Source of the DNA: a virus
Taxonomy: Duplodnaviria; Caudoviricetes
DNA: 64,000 nucleotides
IMG/VR virus record: IMGVR_UViG_3300032038_000053
Location: 13,788 to 77,787 of that record
Reading direction: 5' to 3' (one strand)
Part shown: piece by piece, positions 48,553 to 59,785 of the stretch
Layout of the letters: each line of letters begins with the position of its first letter
How positions within the stretch are numbered: the stretch's first letter is position 1
Notes under the pieces: generated by a model
Told to the model about the DNA's origin: nothing
The model's input: only the letters and a program-made list of their open reading frames with translations
Databases searched by the model: none
Translations under genes and position numbers: made by a program

Positions 48553-49078
48553 GATAACACCTCACTTTCTTCGAAACAATTCGACAATGTCATATCAAAT
48601 ATATACATACGAAGGAGAGATTATTATGTTTGACATTAATGAAAATATTGATAACATCATCAAAATGATTGATAACAGAGCTTCGAATTGCTATATTGTA
48701 CCGCTGTATGTAAATATCAATCGTCACAAATATGCGTTATGGGAATTGGAAGATATTAATGAATTCTCAAATCAATCATTCAAAGTCGGATTTGGTACAT
48801 CAATTGGTGTGTTTGTTAAGAAACCATTTCCAACAGAAAAACTGTTTGATTTCGACATCATATCCACACCAAAAAGATTCAATGATGATTATGCAACAGA
48901 TGTTCAGTATTACATCTTTGAAGCGGATCAATTGACATTAACCAATCATGATGAATTGGATCAACAAGTTACATATTATACAACAAAGCTTGCACAAATG
49001 ATTTCCGCATCCGTCAACGCAAAGCGTGAAGAAATGCGTAAGCAGTTGGTTCAATCCATCATGAATGATGATGAATGA
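48551..49078 (+). CDS. hypothetical protein (start probably downstream)
   Basis: ORF track; SD AAGGAGAG before internal MFDINE. Confidence 0.6.
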   Translation: MITPHFLRNNSTMSYQIYTYEGEIIMFDINENIDNIIKMIDNRASNCYIVPLYVNINRHKYALWELEDINEFSNQSFKVGFGTSIGVFVKKPFPTEKLFDFDIISTPKRFNDDYATDVQYYIFEADQLTLTNHDELDQQVTYYTTKLAQMISASVNAKREEMRKQLVQSIMNDDE

Positions 49079-49161
49079 AAAAAAGTTTTTTTGTACATGT
49101 ATATCATAATATTGACGGGGTGAAGTTATACAAGTATAAACAATAAGGAGGTAATGAGCAT

Positions 49162-50112
49162 ATGAGTAATCAATTAATGGAGTTTAAAGAGTCTTTGATC
49201 AATAGTGGGTTATTTAAAAGAACGCCGTCGAATCCCTCACAGTACAGATGCCAAACTTGCCCATTCTGTGGCGATACAAGAGGTAAGATGTATGTGAGTA
49301 TTAATTTAAGCAATGATGATCCCGTCTTATATCATTGCTTTATCTGTAATGCTTCTGGAGTGATGAATAAAGAATTCTTGGAGTATTTTGATTTAGGTGA
49401 TTCGATTATGATCCCCAAACAGTCGTATCGTAAGAAATTGGATGTGTCACAAGTATCCACAATTGTCAACCAGGTTAGTTGTAATGAACAAGATGATTTG
49501 ACAAATGTATCCAGTTACATTCAATCTCGTGTTGATGTAATCCCCACATTACAGGAGTTACAAACATTCCAATATGTCGGGAATCCATTCCAGTATACCA
49601 AAGAATATTTAGAACCAGAAATCCAATCTGATTATTATTTGAAACGAAGAGCATGGTTTAAGTTGACAAACGGGAATATGATTGGTCGTACGTATAATGA
49701 CTCAGACAAGATGAGATGGCTCCGGTATCATACAAAAAATTGCACCGGAAAGGGTTTGTACACAATGAAAGAACCATTGGATTTGTATCGACCAATCAAC
49801 ATTCTCATTGCTGAGGGAGTCATGGATGTAATCGGTTTGTATTATCACAATCCAATTCCAAATTCTTTCCACATCGCCGTGTTAGGCAAAGAATATCAAC
49901 AAGGAATCCAACATGTATTGAATATGGGAATCTTTGGTTCTTCCATTCACATCAAAATCTTTAAAGATGCAGATGTTGATTTGAATCGTATTCGTATTCA
50001 TTCCAATTTGGTTAAGTTATTCAAATCCATTGAGATTTATCAGAATGCAATTGATCATGATTATGGTGTATCTTCCGATCATGTTGAGATTGTCAAATTA
50101 AGCAAGTTGTAA
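49162..50112 (+). CDS. DNA primase (zinc finger + TOPRIM)
   Basis: CPFCGD...HCFIC zinc finger; IAEGVMDVIG and FKDAD TOPRIM motifs. Confidence 0.85.
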   Translation: MSNQLMEFKESLINSGLFKRTPSNPSQYRCQTCPFCGDTRGKMYVSINLSNDDPVLYHCFICNASGVMNKEFLEYFDLGDSIMIPKQSYRKKLDVSQVSTIVNQVSCNEQDDLTNVSSYIQSRVDVIPTLQELQTFQYVGNPFQYTKEYLEPEIQSDYYLKRRAWFKLTNGNMIGRTYNDSDKMRWLRYHTKNCTGKGLYTMKEPLDLYRPINILIAEGVMDVIGLYYHNPIPNSFHIAVLGKEYQQGIQHVLNMGIFGSSIHIKIFKDADVDLNRIRIHSNLVKLFKSIEIYQNAIDHDYGVSSDHVEIVKLSKL

Positions 50113-50439
50113 TTTGAGTAGAATCATGAACTAGTTTAGTTAGGATTATTGTGGGGGCATATGCCCCCACATCATCCCAGCTTAGTTCATTTGATACTAC
50201 ACATTGTATATGTATAATATTATATTTGAAAGACTCATCCCATTTGAGATAAGCCATTTCATCAAACATATAGGGTTTTCCATCGCGCTTTTTTATTAAC
50301 ATAATTCTATATAGTACTTGTATATTTAATTATTATTACTCTATGTATACAATGTATACATAGTATATATAGAATATAACCCTACCGGGTTATATTCCCG
50401 TCAATAGTTATGTTATTCTTATTTTTATTTTATATTATT

Positions 50440-53400
50440 CTAGATAATATCCCATGTTTTAGTTTCTCCATTAAATGCACGAAGACGAACACCATGGTCT
50501 GGAGTATCTTCAAGAATAATTGTTCTTGCTGACTCATCCCAATTGTTTGATGGATTTACCAAAGCAGCACTTGACTTCACTTCATTCGTATGGATTGCTT
50601 GTAATTGTATTGGGATATGTTTTGTTATATTTCCATTTCTGTCAATTTGTGTGAATTCGAAACCATGTACACGAGGGAACACACAAGTCCAGTTTCCAAT
50701 TGGAATTGTACTATTCAAAACATTTTGTTTTTCTTTACCACGTTCATGTATTTTCCAGAATCCATATTTGTCAAAGAATGGTTGTGCATAGATTGGTGAA
50801 GAAGGTGTACTCGTTTTTGCTCCGGGTAAACATGGTGAATGTCCATATATTGTATAATCTAATAAACCATCGGATGTGAACAATGATACTTTACGATTGG
50901 TATTTCCAATGTAAATATCGATGTCATCCCATGACATTCGTTTTCTTTCAATATAAAACCCACGACGTTCCGTATCAATATGATAGATTTCACGATATTC
51001 ATATAATGGATTAAAAATCCACAACATCGGTCCCACGTCAGGAACATCCCAAACGATTGTTGTTTGGATATTGGAATTCACATTTTTTTGCAATTTCAAA
51101 CCATTTTCTGGGAGAAGCGTCATACTTCCATCGAGATAATTTTCTTGTACAATGTTATTGAAACTACGTTTCACAACACCCGCGTAGAATTTCAGATTTG
51201 TATCACTTGCTGGGTCAACCCATTTAATCAACAAATAACTATCTGCTTCTAATACATCTTGGCGTTTTAATTCTTTGAAAATTGCTTCTTCTGTTTTTGC
51301 TGTTGCTGTATACTCGTATAATCCATTACAACGTAACTTACACAAATCCACTCTTGTTAATGAATTATCAATTACTCCTCCTGCATTAGAAGAAGGAATG
51401 TCAATATCTACTGGAGTTTTTTCTTCATCGATAATGTTGACAAAATACGGAGTTGCTAACATATCAATCATAACCAATGCTTCGTTATCCTGTAATTGAC
51501 AACATGACATTTCTGTTCTACGTGGAATGATACTTGCCATGAAAGAATCTGTTGGAGTTTGGTAATTATTATCTTTATCTAGCATTTCAAATGATGCTAA
51601 CTTAATATGTTGCTGCCATTGACTAAGTGACGTGTTGTATGTATACATATACAGTCCATCCGTTAATTTTACCAAAGCATACAAATCATCAAAAATATCT
51701 CCATACTTCATCAAGTATTTATCGGAAAAATTTCTAATGCATAATGTGCATTTGAATCCACGGCCATTTCCTTTCACTGGAGATGTACCATAAGATTCTG
51801 TTACACCAACAATATCCGAGTTCATATCGAAGTTTGATAAATTGATATTCGGATATGTTTTATCTTCCGAATCACCAGCTTTTACCGGAGATACTGAGAA
51901 TTCTGTAATACCACCATCTGCATCAACAGCAATAACATTGTATTGGAATCCAAATCCACCAACATAAATAATGCCATAATCTCCCTCGTGATAATACTTA
52001 CCCTTTTCGATGATCGTTCCAGCATATACATCATTTGGATCAACACGAGGATTCAAATTTTCACGTACTCTGAAATTGTTTTTATAATACAAATCAACAT
52101 TATTCAAGTCCGTTAAACTTGTGAAAACATAATCATTATCACTAGTCGGAACAGTTCCCGTTTTACGATCATGGATTGGACGAACCCATCTGGATTCTAA
52201 TGTATTATACAGCCGATCTTTGTCATAGTCTGTGTAATTTACATCTGTTCTAACATACTTTGGATCAACAACGGATGTTGGGGCTACACTGGAGATGCCA
52301 GTTAACTGTACAATCGATGTTGGAATATCACATATTCTTGCAGCTGTTCTTGCTGGCTTTGGAAATGCGGATGTTTCATTATTCTCATAAATTGCATCAT
52401 CATTTGATAAGATATACACACGTCCAACATTATTGATTTCGCGAATCACATCGATTTGGAAACGGAATGATGTGTATGCATTTAAACGGTATGCACCACC
52501 ATTTGCTCCTTCATCTGCAGCTGAAGCAACAGTGAAAGTCCATGATGATTCATTCTCTGGATCTATGACACAACGTTCACCCCAATCCAACAAATTCAAT
52601 CCGTATATTTGGCGATTCTCATCAACTTGGATTCCTGATTCTACATAACCACGACAAATCAATCTGCCTGTTGCATCGTCATAATATGACACAATTGGTT
52701 GTTCGGCTAATGATCTCCAACCTTCCCAGTTTAGTATGCGAATTCCCAATGCTGGTAAATATTGTTGATCATGATTATTCCGATAATCAATCAATGTTGT
52801 TTTTGCTTCCAAGAAAATGGCATAAATCATTTGCTCATAATCTTCTTGCGGAACAACGGTTGTTTCATACGACCCATCATGATTGTCTTGTGTAACAACG
52901 CCGAAGTCGTAACAATCATTTTCATTAAATTCCAATTCTGGATAATCTGAATTATCATACTTCAAATGAATCGCTTCTGGATCTCCGAAGATGAAACGAT
53001 ATGAGGGATTCTCGATATTGAATGTATAAGCTCCTTCATCATTCTTTTTCAAAGAACGATACTTAACACCTGAGATGCGATTCTCATTGATTGTTCGAAC
53101 ACGTGCCAATTTTTCAGCATCTGTTAATCCAGATTCAAATACGCCACCACGACCAGCATATCTCCATAAATAATATTTGTAATCGTGTTTGCAATAATGG
53201 GTGTCACCAACCATTGTCAACACATCTTCATATCCTTCTTCTACTGATGATGTACCGTCCAAGAATGCTTGTGCAATTACTTCATAGCTTATGGTCAAGC
53301 TTTCCACGGCGGAATAGAAATCGGAGATGGGAATACCAGCATTTGCATTTTCAGGCCATGTTTGAACAGCCGTTTTATAACGATAAATGAAATCATATTT

Positions 53401-54873
53401 TTTGGAATGATCCGGATATTGTCCCAAATCAAATAATAAAGCAGCAGTTTGTTTTGATTCTGGCATGGATTGCATGTATGCTGGGGTGTTATGCAGTGCA
53501 TAAATCGCCATGTGCTCGGGAATATTATCAGAAGTCATGTTTGTCATGTACTCTGGTAATCCATCCCATAAGTTGAGATCATATGGATATTTCTGATACA
53601 TGTCAGAGTAAGGATTACCAGATGCAATACGAACACCGGCAACACCTGTGTCTGTGGTATAATTTTCATCTGTTCTGATCGACTCATCAAATTCAATTCT
53701 GATGAGTGGAATTAATGGATTTTGGTTTTCTTCTAATGAATTACTTGCGAATGCTGATGCTTTAATCTTCATGATGGTGTTGCTTACACCTGAATGGTAT
53801 TCGTATTCCCATGCATCATTTGGATTATTAATATACAGCTTTGTATTATTTCCATTCGTATCCAGGTAATATGTTTCATCACCAAATGTAATTTCATTTC
53901 GAATTGGAACTTCTTCATTTGTTCCATATGCGGAAAAGTCTTCTCCAATAATGGGTTTGACGGAGATGTATGTTTCTGCTGGATCAGCATTATCATCAGG
54001 AAGTGCTTGTGCGGAATCAACACATACGTATACAGCTCCCTTGTACAATGTGTCATTTCCTTCACTAGCAATTGCAAAGAGTTGATAATTGTTTGCAGAA
54101 CTTCTTGGATTTCCCATCACATAAGCACGTGGACCATATGCGATTAATTCTCCACAAGTAAACCAGAATGCGGGATATCCAATTAATTGATTATCGGTAA
54201 TTCCAAATGTATGATATTGATTATCACCATCATATTCCAATGGTAATGTTTGTAATGATTCTGTTAATGGATAATAAAACACAGGTTCTGTTGCAGTTGT
54301 TCCAAAGTTAATTCTAACTTCATCACCATATTCTCCATCATCGTTTAATAATGCAATATATGCACGCTTGGTTCTGATCCAACGATATCCAAATACATCA
54401 GAAGATTGTGTTGACCCTGCGAATGGTAATACAACTCTTTCACAATCTTTGAACACGAGTCGATAGTGCTTATGATTTGACTCTGTTGTATCAATGATCG
54501 TTGTTCCATCTGTACTGATGTATTCCGTAATATCTGTTGCTGCAAAATAATTGGTTGACTTGATACGAGCAAATGCAAATCCAGGAACTGCACAATTGTA
54601 TGGAAATGCGGATGGATTAATTTCGAATATATTTGCAAATGTTTCTGGGAATTGAATATCCTTCAACATGGTATATTTAATACCCTGCTTTTCTGTTTCA
54701 ATCCAAATGTCAGAACCCATATTATCCAAGCGACCAAGATATTGGTCGCCTGTGACTGGGTCGATTAATTGTTTCTTTTTATCTGTTTTCATTAACCAAT
54801 GTCGACGTTCTTGTTCTGTGATTATTTTCAAACTATTATAACCAAGAAACCAATTTAGTTTTCTTGCACTCAT
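50440..54873 (-). CDS. large tail/baseplate-type structural protein, paralog of 54879..59687
   Basis: 1477 aa; shared block GRVY.LSND...ARICDIPT...VAPT.V.D..YVRT. Confidence 0.6.
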   Translation of the reverse strand: MSARKLNWFLGYNSLKIITEQERRHWLMKTDKKKQLIDPVTGDQYLGRLDNMGSDIWIETEKQGIKYTMLKDIQFPETFANIFEINPSAFPYNCAVPGFAFARIKSTNYFAATDITEYISTDGTTIIDTTESNHKHYRLVFKDCERVVLPFAGSTQSSDVFGYRWIRTKRAYIALLNDDGEYGDEVRINFGTTATEPVFYYPLTESLQTLPLEYDGDNQYHTFGITDNQLIGYPAFWFTCGELIAYGPRAYVMGNPRSSANNYQLFAIASEGNDTLYKGAVYVCVDSAQALPDDNADPAETYISVKPIIGEDFSAYGTNEEVPIRNEITFGDETYYLDTNGNNTKLYINNPNDAWEYEYHSGVSNTIMKIKASAFASNSLEENQNPLIPLIRIEFDESIRTDENYTTDTGVAGVRIASGNPYSDMYQKYPYDLNLWDGLPEYMTNMTSDNIPEHMAIYALHNTPAYMQSMPESKQTAALLFDLGQYPDHSKKYDFIYRYKTAVQTWPENANAGIPISDFYSAVESLTISYEVIAQAFLDGTSSVEEGYEDVLTMVGDTHYCKHDYKYYLWRYAGRGGVFESGLTDAEKLARVRTINENRISGVKYRSLKKNDEGAYTFNIENPSYRFIFGDPEAIHLKYDNSDYPELEFNENDCYDFGVVTQDNHDGSYETTVVPQEDYEQMIYAIFLEAKTTLIDYRNNHDQQYLPALGIRILNWEGWRSLAEQPIVSYYDDATGRLICRGYVESGIQVDENRQIYGLNLLDWGERCVIDPENESSWTFTVASAADEGANGGAYRLNAYTSFRFQIDVIREINNVGRVYILSNDDAIYENNETSAFPKPARTAARICDIPTSIVQLTGISSVAPTSVVDPKYVRTDVNYTDYDKDRLYNTLESRWVRPIHDRKTGTVPTSDNDYVFTSLTDLNNVDLYYKNNFRVRENLNPRVDPNDVYAGTIIEKGKYYHEGDYGIIYVGGFGFQYNVIAVDADGGITEFSVSPVKAGDSEDKTYPNINLSNFDMNSDIVGVTESYGTSPVKGNGRGFKCTLCIRNFSDKYLMKYGDIFDDLYALVKLTDGLYMYTYNTSLSQWQQHIKLASFEMLDKDNNYQTPTDSFMASIIPRRTEMSCCQLQDNEALVMIDMLATPYFVNIIDEEKTPVDIDIPSSNAGGVIDNSLTRVDLCKLRCNGLYEYTATAKTEEAIFKELKRQDVLEADSYLLIKWVDPASDTNLKFYAGVVKRSFNNIVQENYLDGSMTLLPENGLKLQKNVNSNIQTTIVWDVPDVGPMLWIFNPLYEYREIYHIDTERRGFYIERKRMSWDDIDIYIGNTNRKVSLFTSDGLLDYTIYGHSPCLPGAKTSTPSSPIYAQPFFDKYGFWKIHERGKEKQNVLNSTIPIGNWTCVFPRVHGFEFTQIDRNGNITKHIPIQLQAIHTNEVKSSAALVNPSNNWDESARTIILEDTPDHGVRLRAFNGETKTWDII

Positions 54874-54878
54874 GAAAA

Positions 54879-57800
54879 TTACCCCTTTCTAATTACTTTC
54901 ACCCAAGAATTGGTATCCGCGTCGTAAATGTATAATTCATTATCATATAACAAAACGACATTTGTATCAATACACATATGTGAATAAGTGTCATACATGT
55001 GGAAATCATCAAATGTATCAATCATAACATCATCAGGGATTTTAAAGAAATACATCAGTTGTGTTTTAACAGCATCTCGATTCCATTGATAATCAATTGG
55101 ATATCTTTCTACTGACAATGGAATGAGTGCTCCTGTTGGTTGATCACCGATTGGAGTTACAATGTCTTTTGATTTATCATATTTTGCAACAACATCTCCC
55201 GGCTTCTTAAACAATTCTAATGCTGGCTCATCATATACGTTTGGATGATATGGTACGGGATCTGTTGGAGCATATTTCATATCATATCCTGTGAAACGAT
55301 ATACCTTTCCATCAATTGTTACATTGCTTTTATTCAGCACAACACCAGGTGAATCAATAAAATCATAGAATGATATGATATGTGTTCCAGTAATATATAA
55401 CACATCATTGGAGAATTGTTCATATTCCAGATATGATTTTGCAAATGGATTATAAATAAAGACATTTGGTTGTGTCTGAATGTAACCCTTTTGGGATTCC
55501 CCATTATTAATTCCATTATAAATTAAATGCGATGATTTTTGATATCCGACATTAAATGCAGCTTTATGATTCATTGGAAAATATAATGGTGGACGTTCAT
55601 CCATCAGAGTTAACGGTGACATTTCAAAGCGATCCAATTGAATGACATTTGATGAATCACCATCATCAAATTCAAAGTATTGGTTATATGTCACATAATA
55701 CATATCTGGTTCAACATAATTGTGATGTAATGTGTATTCGACAATATGCTCAATAACATCCCTGGACTGTAATTCATCTTCGTCATCATAAAAGAATTGG
55801 TTTTCGATCAATTTTGATGTGTACTTCACATTGAAATTTTTTGACATTGGGAAATCGTCATAACCTTTGATATACATTGGCCATGTCCGAATTTGGTTCA
55901 CCATAATATCTGATAAGGTTCTTGATCGACGACTTCCAAATTCATCATATGTATTATCTTCAATTGGTAATCCTGTGATTTGGTACTTCTTAATCCATCC
56001 TTCACAATATACTTTATTTCCATCTTCGTCGTCATAAGCATACATATGATCTTCGAGAATATAATTGATCCAGTTTTGTTTTGTTTCTCCATTTGACCAA
56101 TTGGAATGTAATCTCGATCTGTAAGAACCTTCTGATTCTGATTCTTCTCTGGACATAAAATCACAGAATGCTTGATATGCCAATTCTTCAATTTCGTTAT
56201 AAGTATCTTCATCAGTCATATCATAGATTCGATCAGAGAATTCCCATAACCAAATATTTCCAAACATATCCGTTGCAAATGTAAATAAGTTTGGTAAGAT
56301 TCCATCTTTCATACGGAACTTACTCTCCCACAATTCTTCATTTAATTCAAACCCTAATACGAGTCCTTCTCCTCTTTTATTGTTTTGAGCAAAATAGATC
56401 GTTGGTTTGATGTCGTTTGTATAACGTGTTTTGAAATTACTAATTGGAATCGTATATGTGTCGGGTTTATCGATAGCTACTGTTGTGATATCACCTGTCA
56501 TGATGCCACCACTCAGACTGCCTGTTGTTGGATCATAAGATCCCCACAATGTAGCATCCAAATCCTGTTCTAATTGTTTCGCTAATGATGTTAATACTTC
56601 AACATTTTTACTTTCAATCACTTCTGATGTGTTATAGTCATACCATTGATTTGTTTCTTTATCGTAATAAGCATAGTTTAATGTGTATGGATCCGCAACA
56701 CCTAATGCCTGATATGTTGCTGCTGGATTATTAATTGATGAAATATGAAATGCTTCACCATTTGGACCAACGCGATCGATAACTCCTCTGAATAATTTAC
56801 CGGCAAAATATGTTTGAATCACCGTTCCTACAGTATATCCTGACCCTTGTTCAATAATGTACCATTCATATCCGCCATCTTCTAAATGAGTATGAAATGC
56901 TTGTAAGAATATTCCAATATCAACCTCAATTGTTGGATCAATATTTTTATATTTCGGATATGCTGTTGATAAATATTGATAAGTCAGCATGTTGTTCATG
57001 TTATGACGAACTTCGTTATTGTATTTCTCGTATGTGTCATATGTGTCTTGTAATTCCTCCAATATATCAGCTGGATCATTCATTGTTTCCCATCTAACAT
57101 ATTTACCATCCGGACCTTTTACCATAATTCCATCATTGACAATTTGATTGATTTTATCACGATCTGCTTTGGTAAAGGATACTTCTGTTCGCACATAATT
57201 TTCATCAATGACAATTGTCGGTGCGACATATTTGATGCCAATCAATTGATCCATCCTTGTTGGAATATCACACATTCTTGCCATCGTTAATGGAGGCTTT
57301 TGCTCTTGTTCTGATAACTTCTTATTGTTTTCATATTCAATTCCATCATTACTCAGATAATACACACGCCCTGTTTCTAAGAATGGATCGAAACCCATCA
57401 TACCCGTTGAAAATGTCCGTTTCCCATGATAAATCAAATTCAACTTATTTAGATACATATACAATTTTGGAGTAATTGCAGATAATCTTGAATACACGAT
57501 TCTTTCCCATAGTGGTAACTTAGACACATCAGAATCAAGGATTCTAATTACATTCTTAAAGCACACACGATACAATGTGGATGCACGGTCATATGTTGTT
57601 TGTGTTGCTAATTTGACAATTGCATTTTCATTAATATCATCAACTCTTGATGCTGCAACACGTTCCATGTATTCTTCTTTGGTATCTTCATCATATTCAC
57701 TGGTCAATCTTCTTGTGTATATTTCATCCGATTCATCTTGATTTTGTGGATGTTCTTTGACAAACAAGATGTACGCATCACGTTCATATTCTTGCTTCAA

Positions 57801-59687
57801 TAACATACTACGATAACATTCAGCATATGTTTTCACCGCATAATCTACATACTCATCTTCAGCGGGAGTTGTTTGGTCTGATAACTCTCTTCCTTTGACG
57901 ACGATGATATCTGATTTTACATTTCTTGGTGATATGATTTCCACATCTGGGTCTGTATAATATGTGCGTAATTCTGTCCACTTGAACTTTGTTGCAGATT
58001 TCATATCACCTAAAATATCATCGTAATCTGTTTGTGGAATACCCGCATCCAAAATCACAGTTGCTGTTTGCTTTGCCATCGCATCATAGGAATCATTCAA
58101 TCTTGGTTTATCACGTAATCCGTACAATTCTACATGTGGACGATGAGTTGTTCTTGGTAACTTATAACTGTAATATTGTGGTAATCCATCATAGTTTCCT
58201 AAATTAAATATCGTACCATTTCTCTTTGATACAGCATTCTCAGAATAATCGGTTGTATAATCAACATGGATACCAATTGCTGAATTGTTGCGTAACCAAT
58301 CCGAGAAGTCATATGTTCTTACGTCTAATGCATCATACTTTCTTACCGGAGGTATGATTCTTAACATGGGACTGATTCCCGTGTAAGAATAACTTAAACT
58401 ATCATACCCTGTTTGGACCCCTTGGTGATGATGTATTAGATTTGTGATGTCATCGATATATCCATAAATTACATTATTCTTATAATTTTCACCATCAAAA
58501 TCAAAATCATCATCTCGTGGTCTTCTAAATGCGATATCATTCATAAAACCATTTCCATCAACTGTCATTCCATTTGGAACAAATGTGACTTTAAAGTTAC
58601 CATGAATATTCACATCATAGGATTCCAAGAACATATCATCTGTGATAATTCCATCGGTACTTTGCTGGTGATATGCAATTAATTGGATTCTTCTGATTTC
58701 GGCATGTAAGTTTTCTGTGCGAACTTGCTCATTTGAAAAAATCGTACCAGCAACAAATGAGTTATGTTTTGCATAGAATCGTAATTGCCAATATACTTTT
58801 TCATTTTCACCCAATTCTGGATGATCCTCATACAATCTTAGATTTCGATGTGTGTTGTTAATGAGATATAAGAAATGATGTCCATTACCATCACTACCTG
58901 GCACAAAAATTGGTAATCCATCAGCATCGTAATTGTTTTCATTTAATGCTAATTCTGGTAATGTTCTCATCTCTTCAAATGTTACCCATAGAAATGGTAA
59001 TTCTTCCATCCATCTTTGGAATGGTAATGTCTGGAACTCTGTATCTGTATAATGATCTTTATCGATTAAATAATACACCAATTCACTTTCATTTGGACGA
59101 AGTTGTGATAAGTTCTGATTATCTGGTGTAAAATTTGTTGTTTGAAACCAATATATCGGAGACCAACCATCTTTGGATGTGATAACCAATGGATATTCAT
59201 TCACTGTTTCTCCATCATCACTTTCAAAACATAATGTAGGTGGAGTGGTTGTTCTCCATGCCCACTGTAGCCAAGCTACTGTTGAAGAATCTTGATTGGA
59301 ACGGATTAATGGATGTTCTTCCATATTCGTAAACTTGATGTAAATCTTTTTGTGATACAATGCATTCTTTCTCAATAAAAACATTAATGCATTTTCTTGA
59401 TCGTAAGAATTAACATTGTCATCATATGTCATTTCAAAGTATGTCTTTAAAATATCACATGGATAAATATCGCCCAGAGGTGGGCGATTCAATCTCATAT
59501 TTCGTGATTCTAATAACATTTCAGAACCCCAGTTTTGTATGTTACCGACATATTTGGTACCATTTCTTGCTTCGGTTCCAAAACTCTTTTTGGTATATCC
59601 ATTAAACAAATTCTTGTCCGTGTGTAATTTCGCACGCATTGTATCTGGTGATACAAATGGATATTTACGAATGATTTCATCACTCAT
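54879..59687 (-). CDS. large tail/baseplate-type structural protein, paralog of 50440..54873
   Basis: 1602 aa; same shared block. Confidence 0.6.
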   Translation of the reverse strand: MSDEIIRKYPFVSPDTMRAKLHTDKNLFNGYTKKSFGTEARNGTKYVGNIQNWGSEMLLESRNMRLNRPPLGDIYPCDILKTYFEMTYDDNVNSYDQENALMFLLRKNALYHKKIYIKFTNMEEHPLIRSNQDSSTVAWLQWAWRTTTPPTLCFESDDGETVNEYPLVITSKDGWSPIYWFQTTNFTPDNQNLSQLRPNESELVYYLIDKDHYTDTEFQTLPFQRWMEELPFLWVTFEEMRTLPELALNENNYDADGLPIFVPGSDGNGHHFLYLINNTHRNLRLYEDHPELGENEKVYWQLRFYAKHNSFVAGTIFSNEQVRTENLHAEIRRIQLIAYHQQSTDGIITDDMFLESYDVNIHGNFKVTFVPNGMTVDGNGFMNDIAFRRPRDDDFDFDGENYKNNVIYGYIDDITNLIHHHQGVQTGYDSLSYSYTGISPMLRIIPPVRKYDALDVRTYDFSDWLRNNSAIGIHVDYTTDYSENAVSKRNGTIFNLGNYDGLPQYYSYKLPRTTHRPHVELYGLRDKPRLNDSYDAMAKQTATVILDAGIPQTDYDDILGDMKSATKFKWTELRTYYTDPDVEIISPRNVKSDIIVVKGRELSDQTTPAEDEYVDYAVKTYAECYRSMLLKQEYERDAYILFVKEHPQNQDESDEIYTRRLTSEYDEDTKEEYMERVAASRVDDINENAIVKLATQTTYDRASTLYRVCFKNVIRILDSDVSKLPLWERIVYSRLSAITPKLYMYLNKLNLIYHGKRTFSTGMMGFDPFLETGRVYYLSNDGIEYENNKKLSEQEQKPPLTMARMCDIPTRMDQLIGIKYVAPTIVIDENYVRTEVSFTKADRDKINQIVNDGIMVKGPDGKYVRWETMNDPADILEELQDTYDTYEKYNNEVRHNMNNMLTYQYLSTAYPKYKNIDPTIEVDIGIFLQAFHTHLEDGGYEWYIIEQGSGYTVGTVIQTYFAGKLFRGVIDRVGPNGEAFHISSINNPAATYQALGVADPYTLNYAYYDKETNQWYDYNTSEVIESKNVEVLTSLAKQLEQDLDATLWGSYDPTTGSLSGGIMTGDITTVAIDKPDTYTIPISNFKTRYTNDIKPTIYFAQNNKRGEGLVLGFELNEELWESKFRMKDGILPNLFTFATDMFGNIWLWEFSDRIYDMTDEDTYNEIEELAYQAFCDFMSREESESEGSYRSRLHSNWSNGETKQNWINYILEDHMYAYDDEDGNKVYCEGWIKKYQITGLPIEDNTYDEFGSRRSRTLSDIMVNQIRTWPMYIKGYDDFPMSKNFNVKYTSKLIENQFFYDDEDELQSRDVIEHIVEYTLHHNYVEPDMYYVTYNQYFEFDDGDSSNVIQLDRFEMSPLTLMDERPPLYFPMNHKAAFNVGYQKSSHLIYNGINNGESQKGYIQTQPNVFIYNPFAKSYLEYEQFSNDVLYITGTHIISFYDFIDSPGVVLNKSNVTIDGKVYRFTGYDMKYAPTDPVPYHPNVYDEPALELFKKPGDVVAKYDKSKDIVTPIGDQPTGALIPLSVERYPIDYQWNRDAVKTQLMYFFKIPDDVMIDTFDDFHMYDTYSHMCIDTNVVLLYDNELYIYDADTNSWVKVIRKG

Positions 59688-59785
59688 GAGTTATCACCTT
59701 CTTAATTTCTTTTTTAAGTAAACATATAATTCACATGACGAAGTACCACACAATACTTCGTACAACCCAGAAAGGAGTAAATCAT

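Noticed and set aside
50093-50302. 69-aa ORF starting MLIKKRDG (ATP-cone-like start)
   Set aside because: Similarity is limited to 8 residues, and the ORF runs through a terminator hairpin into the primase 3' end; unsupported
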